A model generated the notes under the pieces. It was not told the origin of the DNA and did not search any database. It worked only from the letters and a program-made list of their open reading frames with translations. Made by a program: the position numbers and the translations under genes. Shown in pieces: positions 60,752 through 64,000 of a stretch of DNA of 64,000 bases. Within the stretch, counting starts at the first letter, position 1. Each line of letters starts with the position of its first letter. This stretch comes from Spirochaetia bacterium (GTDB taxonomy: Bacteria; Spirochaetota; Spirochaetia; UBA9216). The stretch covers positions 160,001-224,000 of the forward strand of contig OZ223265.1 of NCBI GenBank assembly GCA_965140585.1, given 5' to 3'.

Positions 60752-62665
60752 ATGAGTGTCCTTGATAAAATTCAATTTAAATCGAAATTAATTCTCATTC
60801 TCATTCTTCCTGTAATCGGTGTCATATACTTCTCATTTTCATCAATCACCGAAAAAATCAATATATATACCGAAATGAAGACACTTGAGCAGCTGACTGA
60901 TTTTGCGGTGAGGATAAGCGCGCTGGTTCATGAAACACAGAAAGAAAGAGGCCGCACCGCGGGATTTCTGGGAGCGTCGGGTACAGAATTCAGGGAAGAG
61001 CTTACTGCTCAGCGCAAGCTCACAGATGGCCGGCTTGCAGAGTACAGGGATTTTCTGCATGGTTTCAATTTAAGACGATTCGATCAGGATCTCACCGAGC
61101 TTCTGTCCGCTATTGAAACAGATTTATCAAAACTTGAAACAATCAGAAGCAGTGTTGATGGACTCAGCATAAAATCTGCTGATGCAATAGACTACTATAC
61201 TGCCATGAACGCAAAGCTGCTTGAGATAATAAGCTTCGGTGCAAAAATCAGTACCGAGGGAGAAATTTCAGCACGGCTGTTTGCCTATGTTAACTTTCTA
61301 CAGGCTAAAGAACGGGCTGGAATTGAGAGAGCGGTTCTTTCAAATACCTTTGCAGCAGATTCATTCGGCCCGGGGATGTTTGAAAAACTGGTTTCACTGA
61401 TAGCAAATCAGGAAGTATTTATTAATAATTTTATCAGCACGGCATCACATGAAGATTTAAAAATCTATAATGAACTGATTAAGCATCCGTCATTCGGTGA
61501 GGTTGAAAGCATGCGTGCTATAGCCATGAACAAATACGGTGAGGGAAATTTTGGAATATCTCCGACATTCTGGTTTGATACAATTACCATGAAAATCAAT
61601 CAGCTGAAACTGATCGATAATGCACTGGCGGAGAATCTGAAACAGAAGGCATCTGAGTTGAAGGCTAATGCAAGATTTATACTGATCAGTTTAAGTATAT
61701 TTACACTGGCTGTACTTCTGATAACTTTTTTTATTTCAGTTTTCTTTATAAAAAATATGCTTTTGCAGCTGGGCGGTGAACCCGGAGAAATTGAAGATAT
61801 AACACATTTCATTAAAAATGGTGATTTAAGCTTCAATTATGACAAAAGCCGAAACCTTTCAGGAGTTTACAAGAATACAATCGACATGGTTGAGAAGCTC
61901 AAGGAAGTTATCTCATCAACCCTGACCGCAGCAGAACAGGTAGCAACCTCAAGTGCGGAAATAGCAAAGGGAAATCAGGACCTCTCACTCAGAACAGAGC
62001 AGCAGGCAGCTGCGCTTGAAGAAACCTCATCAGCTATGGAAGAGATGGCATCTTCTGTGCGGCATAATGCAGATCATACCGAAAAAGCAGTGAAACTGGC
62101 GGATATTGCGCTGGACAGATCAGCAAAAGGTTCAGAATCTGTAGAGATGCTGAAGACATCAATGAATGAAATAAGTAAATCAAGTGTTCAGATTTCGGCC
62201 ATACTTGAAGTAATAAACAGCATAGCTTTTCAGACGAACCTGCTTGCTTTAAATGCTTCTATTGAAGCCGCTAGAGCCGGAGTACACGGTAAGGGCTTTG
62301 CAGTGGTGGCAGTTGAGGTAAGAAAACTTGCTAAGCGCTCCAATAATGCAGCTGCGGAGATTGGTAAAATTATCAAAACCAGCGGGAAGAAAACAAGCGA
62401 GGGAGTGGATATATCAGAAAGTACTGCAAAAGTTCTAACAGAAATTGACAACTCATTCAGGCAGGTAAATGAACATGTCGGTGAAATATCTACAGCTTTA
62501 AAACAGCAGCTTGCAAGTATTGAACAGATAGATTCAGCCTTACAGTCGCTTGATGAAAATACTCAGAAAAATGCAGCACTCGTGGAACAGGCCGCAACTT
62601 CTACAGACAGACTGTCCGGAGAAGCCGGAACACTGAATGCTACCATGAAATTTTTCAAAATCTAA
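60752..62665 (+). CDS. Methyl-accepting chemotaxis protein with NIT (nitrate/nitrite-sensing) domain
   Basis: NIT motifs [10 protein letters not shown] and [10 protein letters not shown] between two TMs; signalling tip [20 protein letters not shown]...[13 protein letters not shown]. Confidence 0.92.
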   Translation: MSVLDKIQFKSKLILILILPVIGVIYFSFSSITEKINIYTEMKTLEQLTDFAVRISALVHETQKERGRTAGFLGASGTEFREELTAQRKLTDGRLAEYRDFLHGFNLRRFDQDLTELLSAIETDLSKLETIRSSVDGLSIKSADAIDYYTAMNAKLLEIISFGAKISTEGEISARLFAYVNFLQAKERAGIERAVLSNTFAADSFGPGMFEKLVSLIANQEVFINNFISTASHEDLKIYNELIKHPSFGEVESMRAIAMNKYGEGNFGISPTFWFDTITMKINQLKLIDNALAENLKQKASELKANARFILISLSIFTLAVLLITFFISVFFIKNMLLQLGGEPGEIEDITHFIKNGDLSFNYDKSRNLSGVYKNTIDMVEKLKEVISSTLTAAEQVATSSAEIAKGNQDLSLRTEQQAAALEETSSAMEEMASSVRHNADHTEKAVKLADIALDRSAKGSESVEMLKTSMNEISKSSVQISAILEVINSIAFQTNLLALNASIEAARAGVHGKGFAVVAVEVRKLAKRSNNAAAEIGKIIKTSGKKTSEGVDISESTAKVLTEIDNSFRQVNEHVGEISTALKQQLASIEQIDSALQSLDENTQKNAALVEQAATSTDRLSGEAGTLNATMKFFKI

Positions 62666-62694
62666 GGCATTAAAGCCGTCGGCAGATTTTCAGA

Positions 62695-63057
62695 CTAAAC
62701 TTCCAAATCCATCTCAAGAGACAGCTTTTCCTGGTGGCTGATAAAATCACGCAGCATTACCTTTGCACGCTCAGTCATATTATTAACTTCAAGACCCATT
62801 AAAAGTGAGGGCTGCTTTTTTCTTATCCACACAGGTTTACCGGTAATATTAAGCAGATCCATAGGATTATCCATGCGGCATAGATACAGATCGAAAAGTC
62901 CGGTATCTTCCACTGGTATGGAGTCTTCATTGAAGTGAATTTTCAGCCCCGAGAGTGAAATATCATCAACCCCGCCTATCTGACGATGATTGCTTCTGGA
63001 CCTGAGGTATATAGGCCATTCAATATGTGTGCGTTTGTCTTTTCTTCTCTCTTCCAT
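62695..63057 (-). CDS. Stand-alone PilZ-domain (c-di-GMP-binding) protein
   Basis: RxxxR (ERRKDKR) and DxSxxG (DISLSG). Confidence 0.88.
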   Translation of the reverse strand: MEERRKDKRTHIEWPIYLRSRSNHRQIGGVDDISLSGLKIHFNEDSIPVEDTGLFDLYLCRMDNPMDLLNITGKPVWIRKKQPSLLMGLEVNNMTERAKVMLRDFISHQEKLSLEMDLEV

Positions 63058-63231
63058 AGCATCCCTCCGTCTTCTACTAATAGCATAAAGGATGAATAAT
63101 CTGAAAACAAGTTAAAATTCGATAACGTTGGGGAATCGGTTCGGTTTTAATTGCATCAGGCCGGTTTATGGGTTAAATTTTAATTATCAGGCAAATTCAT
63201 TCCTTTACTGCATTAGCGGAAGGAGAGACTT

Positions 63232-64000
63232 ATGAAAAAAATTGCAATCCTGTTAATATTTTTATTCACAATTATTCCTGCTTATACCCAGTTTGAAGAG
63301 ATTACAGTCGCTGATCTGTCTTCGGCAGTTGATTCACAGGTAAGAATAATCACAACGGATGACACTGCATTTCAAGGGATTGTTTATGAGGTTGATGATG
63401 ATTTTGTAACAATAATAGCGTTCAGCGGTGAGGTTATCCGGATTTATAAGAAGTCCATAACCGAGGTACTGAAAGTTGCCCCCGGAACTGATAAAAAGAG
63501 TCTGTTCCGTGATTCAGCATCAAACCGTCTTATCGTAATGCCAACCGGCTTTGCAATGGAACCCGGAGAATTCCACGTTGCCGACCAGGAAATTGCAGCT
63601 GTTACAATGAGCTACGGATTAAGTGAACACTTCACGCTGTGGGGAGGAATAAGTGTACCAGGAGCAATATTAAGTGCAAGACATATTCAGAAACTCAGTG
63701 AGGAAGCTGCGCTGTCTGTCGGTACCTTCGGAGGGGTTTCCTGGCTCGAATTTACCGGAATACTTCTACCCTACACTATTTTCTCATATGGGACTCCGGA
63801 GAATAATTTCACTATAGGCGGCGGAGGTGCTTTTACCTTTGATGAAACTGACTTTTCCTTTGACGCAGCAGTTCTGGCGTTGGGCGGTAAATGGATATTC
63901 TCAGATACAACCGCCCTTGTAACCGAAACCTGGATAATCTGGGGAGAAATGATCAGTTCATCAGGGGAATTCACTGAAGAGACAACAGCCTGGGATCCTG
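63232..64000 (+). CDS. Secreted, probably outer-membrane, hypothetical protein; 3' end runs off the window
   Basis: Manual translation MKKIAILLIFLFTIIPAYTQFEE... after an AAGGAG RBS. Open to 64000, with amphipathic beta-strand-like segments (MSYGLSEHFTLWGGIS, FSYGTPENNFTIGGG). Confidence 0.75.
   Translation, partial: MKKIAILLIFLFTIIPAYTQFEEITVADLSSAVDSQVRIITTDDTAFQGIVYEVDDDFVTIIAFSGEVIRIYKKSITEVLKVAPGTDKKSLFRDSASNRLIVMPTGFAMEPGEFHVADQEIAAVTMSYGLSEHFTLWGGISVPGAILSARHIQKLSEEAALSVGTFGGVSWLEFTGILLPYTIFSYGTPENNFTIGGGGAFTFDETDFSFDAAVLALGGKWIFSDTTALVTETWIIWGEMISSSGEFTEETTAWDP

Noticed and set aside
63058-63231. Riboswitch (e.g. c-di-GMP) between PilZ and the last ORF
   Set aside because: No recognisable aptamer consensus or expression-platform terminator by eye.

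Overview
A 64-kb piece of a free-living spirochaete chromosome (Spirochaetaceae-like). Supporting signs are the EF-Tu 'GPEPQT' motif, spirochaete-type RpoA/L23/Prs insertions and the order rplQ-rny-ymdB-tlyA-GerMN-der. About 28 kb (14.5-42.1 kb, minus strand) is one contiguous transcription/translation supercluster: tRNA-Thr, rpmG, tRNA-Trp, secE, nusG, rplKAJL, rpoBC, rpsLG, tuf, S10, spc and alpha operons. It lacks fusA, adk, map and infA. To its left are a 1197-aa membrane-anchored acidic repeat protein, rny, ymdB, tlyA, a GerMN protein, ptsI, der, a MerR regulator, a frameshifted secreted NlpC/P60-like protein and a partial TPR protein. To its right are an HD hydrolase, prs, a Na/Pi cotransporter flanked by related palindromes, and argH. 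Next comes an 8.5-kb accessory module: two non-fumarate flavocytochrome-c-type flavoproteins, an orphan GltD-like NADPH subunit, a permease, an unknown protein and a PucR/CdaR regulator. It is followed by clpB, prsW, tRNA-fMet with a structured element carrying a duplicated tRNA 3' end, NUDIX, NIT-domain MCP, PilZ and a partial secreted protein. Best candidates for new biology: the reductive uptake/catabolism module, the tRNA T-loop-linked structured element, the sigma28-associated acidic scaffold protein, and the long structured tuf/S10 leader. All calls come from reading the sequence; no searches were run.
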